Notes under the pieces: generated by a model
Told to the model about the DNA's origin: nothing
Database searches by the model: none
The model's input: only the letters and a program-made list of their open reading frames with translations
Origin: an uncultured Alphaproteobacteria bacterium
Lineage (GTDB): Bacteria > Pseudomonadota > Alphaproteobacteria > CAWBKL01
Length of the DNA: 64,000 bases
Direction of reading: 5' to 3'
Assembly: GCA_963789405.1 (NCBI GenBank)
Contig: CAWBKL010000005.1
Span: forward strand, 98,088-162,087
Translations under genes and position numbers: made by a program
In this document: piece after piece, positions 1 through 10,053 of the stretch
Layout: the number at the start of each line of letters is the position of its first letter
Position numbering within the stretch: the stretch's first letter is position 1

Positions 1-738
1 GAATTCCGGCAATACACCGAGCCCGATGCCTGCAAGCAAGGTCGGCAACATGGCTTCACCATTGTTCACACGCAGCGGCCCTTGCGGGCGGACCGAGGCC
101 GTCTCGCCTGACTTTTTGCGGAACTGCCAGATGTCTTGTGTCGTTTGATAGGCATAGCCGAGCCCGACATGCTCGCTGAGGTTCAAGGGATGCTTGGGCC
201 GGCTATGAGCTTTCAGATAAGACGGCGCCGCGACCAGGAGCAGCGGCATACCGCAAAGCCGCCGCGCGATCAGCGATAAATCGGGCAAAGCCGCAATGCG
301 TATCGTGGCATCGAAGCCATCGCCAATAATGTCGATCTGCGCATCGCTCAAATGCAGATCGATCGACACTTCGGGATAGGCTTTGAAGAACTCCGGCAAC
401 AGCGGCGCGACATAAAGCACGCCAAACGACATCGGCACGGCAAGCCGCACCAGGCCGCGTGGGGAGGCGGATTGCGAAAGCGCTACGCTTTCGGCGGCTT
501 CGCCTTCAGCCAGCATCGCCGCGGCGCGCGCGGCGAGGGTGCGACCTGCATCGGTCAGCGCAAGGCGGCGCGAGGTGCGGTTGAAGAGCCGCGTGCCCAG
601 CCTGGCTTCAAGCCGCGAGACCGCTTTGGAGACCGTGGCCTTGGAGAGCGCCAGCTCACTGGCCGTGGCCGAGAACGAGCGCAGTTCCGCCACTTTGGCG
701 AAAATCGCCAGGGCTTCGAGATCGGGCAGCTTTGCCAT
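1..738 (-). CDS. LysR family transcriptional regulator (3' end cut by window start)
   Basis: Minus-strand translation from the ATG at 736-738 reads MAKLPDLEALAIFAKVAELRSFSATASELALSKATVSKAVSRLEARLGTRLFNRTSRRLALTDAGR..., a canonical LysR wHTH followed by a LysR substrate-binding domain. It is absent from the ORF track because it runs off the window. The + ORF 352..855 is its antisense shadow. Confidence 0.8.
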   Translation of the reverse strand, partial: MAKLPDLEALAIFAKVAELRSFSATASELALSKATVSKAVSRLEARLGTRLFNRTSRRLALTDAGRTLAARAAAMLAEGEAAESVALSQSASPRGLVRLAVPMSFGVLYVAPLLPEFFKAYPEVSIDLHLSDAQIDIIGDGFDATIRIAALPDLSLIARRLCGMPLLLVAAPSYLKAHSRPKHPLNLSEHVGLGYAYQTTQDIWQFRKKSGETASVRPQGPLRVNNGEAMLPTLLAGIGLGVLPEF

Positions 739-847
739 GGCCAAAAAAAGGAAACAATAAGTTTCTATTATTTCTATTTTCATTCAGCTCGCGCCGCAAT
801 ACCTAAAGCACAGGCAAGGCGGGAGGGGCCCGCGAAAGGAGACAGAG
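739..847. promoter_or_regulatory. Divergent lysR/pirin promoter region with AT-rich direct repeats (TTTCTATT x2)
   Basis: AT-rich island aggaaacaataagtttctattatttctattttcattc sits inside GC-rich DNA between divergent genes. It resembles LysR T-N11-A type sites; the position is typical and the assignment is otherwise speculative. Confidence 0.3.
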
Positions 848-1546
848 ATGATTGAAGTCAGACCCTATGAGGAGCTCGGCGGTGCTGATCATGATTGGCT
901 CAAGACCAAGCATCATTTCTCGTTCGCCGACTACTATGATCCTGAGCGCATGCATTGGGGGAGTTTGCGCGTCTGGAACGATGATGAGATCGAAGCCGGC
1001 ACTGGCTTTCCGCTTCACCCCCATGCAAACATGGAAATCATCACCTATGTGCGCGAAGGCGCGATCACGCATCGCGATAGCCTCGGCAATGAAGGGCGCA
1101 CAAGCGCGGGCGACGTTCAGGTGATGAGCGCTGGGACGGGCATTCGTCATTCGGAATACAATCTCGAGCCGGAACTCACCAAGATCTTTCAGATCTGGAT
1201 CATGCCGCGCGCATCGGGTGGAGCGCCGACTTGGGGCACCAAGCCGTTCCCAAAGGGCGATCGCTCCGGCAAGTTCGTCACGCTGGCCAGCGGCGTTGAT
1301 GACGATGAGGATGCGCTGCCCATACGTGCCGATGCGCGCGTGCTCGGCGCAACGCTCAAAGCGGGCGAGAGCGTCGAATACAAACTCGGCGCAGGCCGCC
1401 ATGGCTATCTCGTTCCGGCCAAGGGCGCTGTCGAAGTCAATGGCGAGCGCGTGAGTGCGCGCGATGGCGCAGCGATCAGCGATTTGGAGACGATCAAAGT
1501 TAGGGCCGTTGAGGACTCCGAGATCGTTTTCGTCGACGCCGCCTAA
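848..1546 (+). CDS. Pirin family protein
   Basis: 232 aa product containing HPHANMEIITYVREG, the pirin/cupin metal-binding motif. It is divergent from the LysR gene. Confidence 0.8.
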   Translation: MIEVRPYEELGGADHDWLKTKHHFSFADYYDPERMHWGSLRVWNDDEIEAGTGFPLHPHANMEIITYVREGAITHRDSLGNEGRTSAGDVQVMSAGTGIRHSEYNLEPELTKIFQIWIMPRASGGAPTWGTKPFPKGDRSGKFVTLASGVDDDEDALPIRADARVLGATLKAGESVEYKLGAGRHGYLVPAKGAVEVNGERVSARDGAAISDLETIKVRAVEDSEIVFVDAA

Positions 1547-1556
1547 ACTTCAGATG

Positions 1557-1582
1557 CCGGCCCAGGGTCGCTTGGGCCGGCA
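1557..1582 (+). terminator. GC-rich hairpin after the pirin gene (gccggccca-ggg-tcgct-tgggccggc)
   Basis: Perfect 9-bp stem directly after the pirin stop codon. It is followed by atattgt and has no clear T-tract, so an intrinsic terminator call is tentative. Confidence 0.3.
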
Positions 1583-1638
1583 TATTGTCCGCGCGATGCG
1601 CCCGGTGTTATCTCAGTTGAAGTGATCCGGGGTGCGCG

Positions 1639-2784
1639 ATGCGGGAATTCTTGCCAGCAGATTGGCGCAGTGCAACATTTCTCGGCCGCTGGGATGCCGG
1701 CGAAGGGCCGGCGCCGATTCTTGTTCGCGGCGGCATTGTCGAGGACATTTCGGCCGCTGCACCAACTGCAAGCGATGCGCTCGCGGCGTGGGGGGCAAAC
1801 CTCAAGGGCAAGCCGGTCGGCGATCTGGCAAGCTTCCGCTTCACGCGGCGCTGGGAAGGTGAGAGCACGCCGCGCTTGCTGGCGCCCATTGACCTTCAAT
1901 GCATCAAAGCTGCGGGCGTCACCTTTGCGACATCGACTATCGAACGCGTCATCGAAGAGCGCGCGCGCGGCGATTCCAGCAAAGCTCATGAAATTCGATC
2001 TGCACTGGCATCGCGCGTCGGCGGCGATTTGCGCGCCGTAAAGCCGGGCTCGCCGGAAGCCGCGCGGCTCAAAGTGGCGCTGACCGCCGATGGTTTGTGG
2101 TCGCAATATCTCGAAGTCGCGATCGGGCCGGATGCGGAGATCTTCACCAAGGCGCCGGTCTTGTCCTCGGTCGGCTGGGGCGATGACATCGGTGTGCGCT
2201 CGGATTCCACCTGGAACAATCCTGAGCCTGAAGTCGTCATTGTTTGCGACCGGAAAGGCCGCGCACTTGGTGCAACGCTCGGCAATGATGTCAATTTGCG
2301 CGACTTCGAGGGCCGCAGCGCTTTGCTCTTGAGCAAGGCCAAAGACAACAATGCGTCCTGCAGCATTGGCCCTTTCATCCGCATGTTCGATGATAGGTTC
2401 ACGATGGATGATGTGCGCGCGGCCGTCCTCGAGCTAGAGATCACCGGCCGCGACAATTACCGCCTGGAAGGCAAAAGCTCGATGAGCGAGATCAGCCGCG
2501 ATCCTTTGGACCTCGCCAAACAAGCGATGAGCGAGCATCAATATCCCGATGGCTTTGTGCTGTTCCTGGGCACGCTGTTCGCACCGACGCAGGACCGCGA
2601 CGAGCCCGGCCGCGGCTTCACGCACAAGGATGGCGACATCGTGCGGATCAGCGCGCCCAAGCTTGGCGTTTTGGAGAACCGCGTGACAAGCTCGAAGGCG
2701 GCGGAGCCTTGGGCGTTCGGCATTGGCGATTTGATGCGCAATCTCGCTGCGCGCGGGCTTTTGAATTCAGGAGCAGGAAAATGA
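1639..2784 (+). CDS. xylX: Fumarylacetoacetate hydrolase family protein (2-keto-3-deoxy-pentonate dehydratase, XylX-like)
   Basis: 381 aa FAH-fold product (…VGWGDDIGVRSDSTWNNPEPEVVIVCDRKGRALGATLGNDVNLRDFEG…). It is the first gene of a 4-gene block matching Caulobacter xylX-xylA-xylB-xylC in order and product sizes. Its stop overlaps the next start as ATGA. Confidence 0.6.
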   Translation: MREFLPADWRSATFLGRWDAGEGPAPILVRGGIVEDISAAAPTASDALAAWGANLKGKPVGDLASFRFTRRWEGESTPRLLAPIDLQCIKAAGVTFATSTIERVIEERARGDSSKAHEIRSALASRVGGDLRAVKPGSPEAARLKVALTADGLWSQYLEVAIGPDAEIFTKAPVLSSVGWGDDIGVRSDSTWNNPEPEVVIVCDRKGRALGATLGNDVNLRDFEGRSALLLSKAKDNNASCSIGPFIRMFDDRFTMDDVRAAVLELEITGRDNYRLEGKSSMSEISRDPLDLAKQAMSEHQYPDGFVLFLGTLFAPTQDRDEPGRGFTHKDGDIVRISAPKLGVLENRVTSSKAAEPWAFGIGDLMRNLAARGLLNSGAGK

Positions 2785-4217
2785 CGGAATCGCTCACGCA
2801 TCTGATCGGCGGCAAGCAAATCGAAGCGCCGATGCCCAATGAAAGCATCAATCCGTCCGACACGCGCGATGTCGTGGCGCGCTTTCCCGATGGCGGCAAA
2901 GCCGAAGTGGATGAAGCGGTCGCCGCCGCGCGTAAAGCGTTTCCGGCTTGGTCGAATGCCAGCCCGGAGGTGCGCTCCGATGTGCTCGACAAAGCGGGCG
3001 CGCTCATCTTGGAGCGGCGCGAGACCCTCGGCCGTCTGCTGTCGCGCGAGGAAGGCAAGACGCTCGCTGAAGGCACGGGAGAGGTCGCGCGCGCCGGGCG
3101 CATTTTCAAATATTTCGCGGGCGAAGCGCTCAGGCGTCACGGCCAGAATTTGGAATCGACGCGCCCTGGTGTCGAGGTCGCGACCTTCCGCGAGGCCGTG
3201 GGCGTTTTCGGCTTGATCACGCCGTGGAATTTCCCCATCGCCATTCCGGCATGGAAGAGCGCGCCTGCACTCGCCTTCGGCAATGCCGTGGTCCTCAAGC
3301 CGGCGAGTGCAACGCCGGCCACCGCGCATGCCATGGGCGCGATCTTGCTGGAAGCAGGCGTGCCGGCTGGCGTCTTCAATCTCGTGCTTGGCGGTGCCCG
3401 CGTCGGCGAAGCGATTGCAAATCATCCAGGCATTGACGGGCTTTCTTTCACCGGGTCGCAAAGCGTCGGCGCTGGTGTGGCGATTGCCGCAGTGAAGCGC
3501 CAGGCGCGCGTACAACTCGAAATGGGCGGCAAGAACCCGATGGTCGTGCTCGACGACGCCGATCTCGATCGTGCCGTGCAATGCGCGTTAGACGGCGCAT
3601 TCTTCTCGACCGGCCAGCGTTGCACGGCGTCCAGCCGCATCATTGTGACGGATGGTGTTTATAAGCGCTTTGTCGAGGCGCTTGCTGCTAAGGCTGCCGC
3701 GCTCAAGGTCGGCGATGCGCTCGATCCGGCAACGCAAATCGGCCCGGCGGTGAGTGAGCAGCAGCTTGCGCAAAATCTTTCCTATGTCGATATCGCAGTG
3801 AGGGAGGGTGGGCGCCTGGTCGTGGGCGGCGAGCGCCTCAAGCTTGAAAAGCCCGGCTTCTATATGAGCGCCGCTGTCATCGCCGACACGGCGCAGAACA
3901 TGCGCATCAATTGCGAGGAGGTGTTCGGACCGGTCGCCAGCCTCATCCGGGTCAAGAATTACGAGGAAGCGCTGGAGGTCGCCAATAGCGGCGAGTTCGG
4001 TCTCTCCGCCGGAATTTGCACGACGTCGCTGAAATACGCGCGGCATTTCCAGCGCAATGCGCGCGCCGGCATGATGATGGTGAATCTGCCCACGGCGGGC
4101 GTCGATTATCATGTGCCGTTCGGCGGCACTAAGCGCTCGAGCTATGGCGCGCGCGAGCAGGGCTTTGCCGCTGTCGAGTTCTACACCCAAACCAAGACAG
4201 CCTATTCCTGGTCTTAA
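2781..4217 (+). CDS. xylA: NAD(P)-dependent aldehyde dehydrogenase (alpha-ketoglutarate semialdehyde dehydrogenase-like)
   Basis: 478 aa ALDH family product (MTESLTHLIGGKQIEAP…EMGGKNPMVVLDDADLDRAV…). The start ATG at 2781 overlaps the upstream TGA (ATGA) and is preceded by a good SD (aggagcagg). Confidence 0.65.
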   Translation: MTESLTHLIGGKQIEAPMPNESINPSDTRDVVARFPDGGKAEVDEAVAAARKAFPAWSNASPEVRSDVLDKAGALILERRETLGRLLSREEGKTLAEGTGEVARAGRIFKYFAGEALRRHGQNLESTRPGVEVATFREAVGVFGLITPWNFPIAIPAWKSAPALAFGNAVVLKPASATPATAHAMGAILLEAGVPAGVFNLVLGGARVGEAIANHPGIDGLSFTGSQSVGAGVAIAAVKRQARVQLEMGGKNPMVVLDDADLDRAVQCALDGAFFSTGQRCTASSRIIVTDGVYKRFVEALAAKAAALKVGDALDPATQIGPAVSEQQLAQNLSYVDIAVREGGRLVVGGERLKLEKPGFYMSAAVIADTAQNMRINCEEVFGPVASLIRVKNYEEALEVANSGEFGLSAGICTTSLKYARHFQRNARAGMMMVNLPTAGVDYHVPFGGTKRSSYGAREQGFAAVEFYTQTKTAYSWS

Positions 4218-4220
4218 GCG

Positions 4221-4967
4221 ATGTCCTCCGCCATATATCCAAGCCTAAAGGCCAAGCGCGTCGTCATCACTGGCGGCGCGAGCGGCATCGGCGCCGGAAT
4301 CGTCACGGCTTTTGCCCACCAGGGCGCTGAGGTGATGTTTGTCGATGTTATGGAAAGCGAGGCGCAAGCGCTCGAAGCCTCATTGCGTGATGTGCCCATG
4401 CCGCCGAAATTCCAGCGCTGCGATCTGACTGATCTCGGTGCAGTTGCCGAAACATTCAAGCAAATCGGTGCGGTCGATGTGCTGGTGAACAACGCCGCGA
4501 ATGATGACCGCCACCGGATTGAAGAAGTAACGCCCGCCTATTGGGATGAGCGCATGGCGGTCAATCTGCGCCACATGTTCTTTTGCGCCCAAGCCGTGAT
4601 CCCAGGCATGCGCGCGGGAGCCGGCGGCGCCATCATCAATTTCGGTTCGATCTCCTGGCATCTCGGCTTGCGCGACCTTGCGCTTTACGAAACCGCCAAA
4701 GCCGGCATTGAAGGCATGACACGTGCGCTCGCCCGCGAGCTGGGCGACGACGGGATTTGCGTCACAGCCGTCATTCCCGGCAGCGTGAAGACGCCGCGCC
4801 AGGAGCGCTGGTATTCGCCCGAAGCCGAGAAAGAAATCCTGGCAGATCAATGCTTGAAAGAGCGCATCCTGCCGGAGCATGTCGCTTCGCTCGTTCTATT
4901 TCTGGCGTCAGATGATGCACGGCTGTGCACAGGACATTCTTATTGGATCGATGCGGGCTGGCGATGA
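4221..4967 (+). CDS. xylB: SDR family oxidoreductase (sugar 1-dehydrogenase, XylB-like)
   Basis: 248 aa product with the classical SDR N-terminus VVITGGASGIGAGIV and a YxxxK-type active-site region. The size matches Caulobacter xylose dehydrogenase (248 aa from memory). Confidence 0.6.
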   Translation: MSSAIYPSLKAKRVVITGGASGIGAGIVTAFAHQGAEVMFVDVMESEAQALEASLRDVPMPPKFQRCDLTDLGAVAETFKQIGAVDVLVNNAANDDRHRIEEVTPAYWDERMAVNLRHMFFCAQAVIPGMRAGAGGAIINFGSISWHLGLRDLALYETAKAGIEGMTRALARELGDDGICVTAVIPGSVKTPRQERWYSPEAEKEILADQCLKERILPEHVASLVLFLASDDARLCTGHSYWIDAGWR

Positions 4968-5839
4968 GCACAAGCGAACCGGAATGCATGTGGGCACTCG
5001 GTGCCGAGCTTGGCGAGGGCCCGCTGTGGCGCGCGCCCGAAGATGCGCTTTGGCTCGTCGACATTAAGAAGCTGCAAATTCATCGCTTCGATCTGGCGAG
5101 CGGCGAGAAGAAGAGCTTCGATGCGCCGGCACAACCCGGATTCTTAGCGCCACTGCCGGATGGCAAGCTCATCGTCGGGCTTAAAACCGGCTTGCACACT
5201 TTCGATCCGGCGAACGGAAGCTTCACTTTGCGCCATGTCGTCGAGCCGGATCGGCCGAACAATCGCTTGAATGACGGTGCGGTCGATGGCACGGGCCATC
5301 TCTGGTTCGGCTCGATGGATGACGGCGAGAGGGCAGAGACCGGAAGGCTCTATCGGCTCGATGGGCAGGGGCCGCAGCCGAAAGATGATGGCTATTGCAT
5401 CACCAACGGCCCGGCTTTCTCGCCCGACGGCAAGACGCTCTATCACACCGATACGCTGAAGAAGATCATCTACGCGTTCGATTTGCGCGATGATGGAACG
5501 CTTTCGAACAAGCGCATCTTTGCCGAGATCGAAGATGGCGCGGGTTATCCGGACGGCCCTGTCGTCGATTCCGAGGGCTATCTGTGGAGCGCATTATTTG
5601 CCGGCTGGGCGGTGCGCCGTTATTCGCCGCACGGCAAGCTCGTCGCGAGCGTAAAATTCCCCTGCGCCAACATCACTAAGATTGCTTTCGGCGGCCCGAA
5701 ACTGACAACCGTCTATGCGACCACGGCGGGCAAGGGCTTGCACGAAACGGCACGCGCCGCGCAGCCTCTGGCGGGCGGGCTGTTTCGTTTCGAGGTCGAT
5801 GTGCCAGGCCAGCCGCAACACGTGGTGCTCTACGGCTGA
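4964..5839 (+). CDS. xylC: SMP-30/gluconolactonase/LRE family lactonase (xylonolactonase-like)
   Basis: About 291 aa product (…WALGAELGEGPLWRAPEDALWLVDIKK…NDGAVDGTGHLWFGSMDD…). The start ATG overlaps the SDR stop as ATGA. Confidence 0.6.
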   Translation: MSTSEPECMWALGAELGEGPLWRAPEDALWLVDIKKLQIHRFDLASGEKKSFDAPAQPGFLAPLPDGKLIVGLKTGLHTFDPANGSFTLRHVVEPDRPNNRLNDGAVDGTGHLWFGSMDDGERAETGRLYRLDGQGPQPKDDGYCITNGPAFSPDGKTLYHTDTLKKIIYAFDLRDDGTLSNKRIFAEIEDGAGYPDGPVVDSEGYLWSALFAGWAVRRYSPHGKLVASVKFPCANITKIAFGGPKLTTVYATTAGKGLHETARAAQPLAGGLFRFEVDVPGQPQHVVLYG

Positions 5840-5999
5840 GCGAGCGGGAAGCGTTGTCTTCGCCTGCACTGGGATAATCATCCGAGGTGCCCGCATCGCC
5901 GCTTGCGGTTCTAAGGGCCTATCAATAGGCTCTGCGCGGGGCGGGGAGAACGAGTGGCCACAAGAGCCGATGCGCCGCCCGGAGGAAGCGGGAGAGGGT

Positions 6000-7712
6000 A
6001 TGGGCGGCGTCACCTTTTCGCAGCTGGACTGGCTGGTCGTCGGTCTTTATTTCGTTGTCAACACGGCGATTGCGGTCTGGACCGCGCTCATGCGCGAGAA
6101 AGACACGGCGGACTATTTTCTCGCCAGCCGCAACGCCAGCTGGCTGATGATCGGCTCATCGATTTTCGCCTCCAATATCGGTGCCGAACATCTTGTCGGC
6201 CTCGCCGGCTCCGGCGCCAGCTCCGGCATGGCGCTCGCGCACTACGAGCTTCACTCCTATCAAGTGTTGATCTTGGGTTGGATCTTCGCGCCATTCTATC
6301 TCGGCACGAAAATCTTCACGACGCCGGAGTTCTTGGAAAAGCGTTACACGCCGGCAACGCGCACCTTCCTTTCCTTCGTGTTCCTCGTCAGCTACATCCT
6401 CACCAAGGCATCGGTCACGATTTTCGCCGGCGCGTTCGCCATTCAGACCGTGCTCGGCATCGACACATTCAATCTGCCAGGCTTCGGTGCGGTCAATTTC
6501 TTCTGGTTCGCGGCTTTCTCGCTCGTCATCATCACCGGCATCTTCACCATCATCGGCGGTATGAAATCGGTTCTATGGACCGAGGTGATGCATGTGCCTG
6601 TCCTGCTCATCGGCTCGATCGTTCTCTTGTTCGTCGGGCTTTCGAAGATCGGCGGCATTGACGCGTTACGCGCGGCAAACCCCGAGACGATTCATCTTTG
6701 GCGCCCGCTTTCGACGACACCGGCGACGCAAGGCTTTCCCGGCTTTCTATTCGATCCGAGCGAGACGCCGTGGCTCGGCATCATTTTGTCATCGCCCTTA
6801 GTTGGGCTTTGGTATTGGTGCACGGACCAGTACATTGTTCAGCGTGTGCTGACCGGCAAGAATCTGCGCGAATCGCGCCGCGGCACGATCTTCGCGGGCT
6901 ATCTGAAGCTCTTTCCCGTCTTCATCTTCCTGATCCCGGGCATGATCGCCGTTGCGCTGTTCAAGCAAGGCGTTCCCGGTTTCGAGGCGGTCGGTAAGAA
7001 TCCGCAAGGCGCCTTCCCGATCATGCTTTCGCATCTTTTGCCCAACGGCCTGCGCGGGCTCGTGCTCGCCGGAATGCTTGCCGCGTTGATGAGCTCGCTG
7101 GCCTCGCTCTTCAACTCGACGGCAACTCTGTTCACCGTCGATTTCTACAAGCGCATTCGCCCGCAATCTTCCGAGAAGCATCTGGTGACCGTCGGGCGCT
7201 GGGCGACCGTCGGTGTTGTGCTCGCCGGCATGGCATGGATTCCGTTTCTCGAGCAGATCGGCAAAGGCCAGCTCTACACTTATCTTCAGCTCATCCAATC
7301 GCTGCTGGCGCCATCGATCGCCGCGGTGTTCATGCTTGGCATCTTCACCAAAGGCGTCACGCCCATCGCCGGTCTTGTCGGCATCGTCGTCGGCTTCTTC
7401 TCGGGCATGGCGCGCCTTGCGCTTGTCGTCGCGCATGACAATCATGTGGCGATGGCGCCTTGGCTCGATACACTCGCGCGGATCAATTGGCTCTATTTCA
7501 GCTTCATGCTGTTTGTCGGCACGTGCCTTTTGATCTTCTTTGTCAGCCTGGTGACGCCCAAAGCGTCGGAGGAGAAGCTCTCCGGTCTCACTTATGGCTC
7601 GATGAGCGCTGAGGAGAAGGCGGCCGTGAAGGCAAGCCACGGCTTCTGGGAGATCTTCCACACGATTGTTATCCTCGGCATCATCGCCGCGATCTACATC
7701 TACTTCTGGTGA
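6000..7712 (+). CDS. Sodium:solute symporter (SSS/SGLT family) sugar transporter
   Basis: About 570 aa polytopic membrane protein with an SGLT-like N-terminus (DYFLASRNASWLMIGSSIFASNIGAEHLVGLAGSGA). The start was chosen at MGGVTFSQLDWLVV; the track ORF begins upstream at 5715. Confidence 0.7.
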   Translation: MGGVTFSQLDWLVVGLYFVVNTAIAVWTALMREKDTADYFLASRNASWLMIGSSIFASNIGAEHLVGLAGSGASSGMALAHYELHSYQVLILGWIFAPFYLGTKIFTTPEFLEKRYTPATRTFLSFVFLVSYILTKASVTIFAGAFAIQTVLGIDTFNLPGFGAVNFFWFAAFSLVIITGIFTIIGGMKSVLWTEVMHVPVLLIGSIVLLFVGLSKIGGIDALRAANPETIHLWRPLSTTPATQGFPGFLFDPSETPWLGIILSSPLVGLWYWCTDQYIVQRVLTGKNLRESRRGTIFAGYLKLFPVFIFLIPGMIAVALFKQGVPGFEAVGKNPQGAFPIMLSHLLPNGLRGLVLAGMLAALMSSLASLFNSTATLFTVDFYKRIRPQSSEKHLVTVGRWATVGVVLAGMAWIPFLEQIGKGQLYTYLQLIQSLLAPSIAAVFMLGIFTKGVTPIAGLVGIVVGFFSGMARLALVVAHDNHVAMAPWLDTLARINWLYFSFMLFVGTCLLIFFVSLVTPKASEEKLSGLTYGSMSAEEKAAVKASHGFWEIFHTIVILGIIAAIYIYFW

Positions 7713-7730
7713 GCACGTGGCGCTGGGCAC

Positions 7731-9881
7731 TCAGCCCGGCACGTGCAGCATTTTGATGTTCTTGTAGTACTGCAGATCATGCGGCGGCTTGGAGACACCC
7801 TTTGGCAGCGGCCGGTGCGAGATGGATTGGAAATAGGCGATGCAGGCATCGCGCCACCATTTCGCTTCCTTCTCTTGAATCGCTAAGAAGCTCTCGGTTT
7901 CAGCGTAGCGCTCGGCGTCGACATAAGGCTTGAGCTTTGCCCAGGTCGCGCGCATCGCTGCGACCTCATCCACGCCATGCTGATAATGCAGCACAAGCTC
8001 GTCCCAGAGCGTGCGCCCGGATCTCATTTTATAGTCCCAGGGCACATGGTGAAACCACAAGAGGTATTTGTCCGGAGTTTTGTCGAGGCTCGCGAATGTC
8101 TCAGCCACCGGCGGCGCATATTGCGCGATCGCGTTCGTGCCCGCCGCGGTGCGGTCAACGCCGATGCCGTCTTTGTCGGCGCGGCTGTAATAGACCGGGT
8201 TCCATTCGGGCCGCCCGGTGTCGTCGACCCAAGGCCCGGGCCCATAATGATGGCCAGTCGCCATCTGATGCGCGAGACCGAGCGGGGTCATGTAATCGAC
8301 CACCGCTTCGCGCGAGGCCATCATCATGTCGACGACCGGATCAACGAAGCGCGAATCATTAGTGTAGGTCATGCGTACCCAATCGCGCGCAATGTCACGC
8401 GAGGATTGCATGGGCTCCCAGGCGAGCCGGCCGAACGCATACCAGTTCGCGCAGTTGAATTGAGAGCCGCACCAATTGCGGTCCGTCCCGATATTCGCAA
8501 CGCCGGCGATCCCGGTCTGTTTCGAGCCGAACATCGTGCCGTCGATAACCTTTGCCACCGTCGAGCCGGGGCCGCGCGCATAGGTGTCGGCATCAAGCAC
8601 TTCCTGGAACAGCGCGCCGAGATAGACAAGATGCGTCGCAAAGCCGAGATACTCCTTGGTTATCTGCAGCTCCAGCATGGTGTTGGATTTCGGCAGCGCG
8701 CCGAACAACGGATGAAACGGCTCGCGCGGCTGAAAATCGATCGGCCCGTTCTTCACCTGGATCAAGACGTTATCGCGGAATTTGCCATCGAGCGGCACGA
8801 ACTCGTCATAAGCTTGTTTCGCGCGGTCTTCCGTGTTTTGGCTCGAATAGACAAAGGCGCGCCACATCACGATGCTGCCATGCGGCGCAATAGCATCGGC
8901 AAGCATATTGGCGCCGTCGGCGTGAGTGCGACCGTAATCTTGCGGCCCCGGCTGGCCCTCCGAATTCGCTTTGACGAGAAAGCCGCCGAAATCCGGAATG
9001 GCGTGATAGATCTCGTCCACCTTTGCTTTCCACCACGTACGCACTTTCGGGTCGAGCGGATCCGCCGTCTTCAAGTCGCCGATTTTGATCGGCGCCGCCC
9101 AATAAGCGCTGAGATAAACCTTGATGCCGTAAGGCCGCAGCACATCGGCAATCGCCGCAACCTTGGCGAGGAATTGCGGCCGAAGAATATCAGGACTCGC
9201 ATTCACATTGTTGAGAACGGCGCCATTGATGCCGATCGACGCGTTGGCGCGCGCATAGTCTGTGTAGCGCGGATCGCGGTAGTCCGGCAGCTTCTGCCAA
9301 TCCCAGATCGAAGGGCCGGCATAGCCGCGCTCGACCGTGCGATCGGGATTATCCCAGTGATCGAGAATGCGGTGCCGTATCTTGGGTGCGGAAACGATAT
9401 CGATCGCGGCAATATCCTGGCGCGTTTGCAAAAGGCTCAAGAACCGGAACACGCCATAAAGCGCGCCAATCTCGCTGTTGCCGGCAATGATGGTGACGCT
9501 ATGCCCGCCGAGCTGCGCGCTGCGAATGACGAAACCCTCGCGCCCGATCTTGTCAAACGATAGACGAAGCGCAGCGAGCGCAGGAAGTGTGCCGTTTAAT
9601 GCAACGACAACCGTCCCGTCATGCGTAACGCTATTATCATCGCTGATTACTTCATCAAGAAGGCCGCCGAGCCCGCGCAACAGCTCCGTGCGGGCCGCTG
9701 CCATAGTGGGCGATGTGCCGGCAATAAAGATGCGCGATGCAAGCGGGCGATATTGCGCGCGCCATTCACTCTCGACCGGGTGATATCGCAGCCACAGCTC
9801 GTAGCCATCTTCAGCGCGCGCCCCAGAAATCGTCGCCAAGATCAGCACTCCGAAAATCAGCGCCTGAACCAGTCGCGTCAT
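7731..9881 (-). CDS. aguA: Glycoside hydrolase family 67 alpha-glucuronidase
   Basis: About 716 aa product with a signal peptide (MTRLVQALIFGVLILATISGARA) and the GH67 N-terminal signature EDGYELWLRY. Full-length similarity to xylan alpha-1,2-glucuronidases. Confidence 0.8.
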   Translation of the reverse strand: MTRLVQALIFGVLILATISGARAEDGYELWLRYHPVESEWRAQYRPLASRIFIAGTSPTMAAARTELLRGLGGLLDEVISDDNSVTHDGTVVVALNGTLPALAALRLSFDKIGREGFVIRSAQLGGHSVTIIAGNSEIGALYGVFRFLSLLQTRQDIAAIDIVSAPKIRHRILDHWDNPDRTVERGYAGPSIWDWQKLPDYRDPRYTDYARANASIGINGAVLNNVNASPDILRPQFLAKVAAIADVLRPYGIKVYLSAYWAAPIKIGDLKTADPLDPKVRTWWKAKVDEIYHAIPDFGGFLVKANSEGQPGPQDYGRTHADGANMLADAIAPHGSIVMWRAFVYSSQNTEDRAKQAYDEFVPLDGKFRDNVLIQVKNGPIDFQPREPFHPLFGALPKSNTMLELQITKEYLGFATHLVYLGALFQEVLDADTYARGPGSTVAKVIDGTMFGSKQTGIAGVANIGTDRNWCGSQFNCANWYAFGRLAWEPMQSSRDIARDWVRMTYTNDSRFVDPVVDMMMASREAVVDYMTPLGLAHQMATGHHYGPGPWVDDTGRPEWNPVYYSRADKDGIGVDRTAAGTNAIAQYAPPVAETFASLDKTPDKYLLWFHHVPWDYKMRSGRTLWDELVLHYQHGVDEVAAMRATWAKLKPYVDAERYAETESFLAIQEKEAKWWRDACIAYFQSISHRPLPKGVSKPPHDLQYYKNIKMLHVPG

Positions 9882-10053
9882 GACATCTCCGCTTGCGGCA
9901 GGGTATGCCCCTGCACATTTTGCGACGCACCATGATCTGCAATGCGAGCGAGGCGCGGGCGCGGATATCTCCTTGCCAATCGGTGAGGTCAGCGTTACCA
10001 CCCAAGGCAAGCTGGCTCAATGAAAACGACAACGCTTGCGAACGGGGGAAACG

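Noticed and set aside
352-855. 167-aa + strand ORF at the window start
   Set aside because: It is the antisense shadow of the minus-strand LysR regulator. The translation is Arg/Gly-rich low-complexity with no motif.
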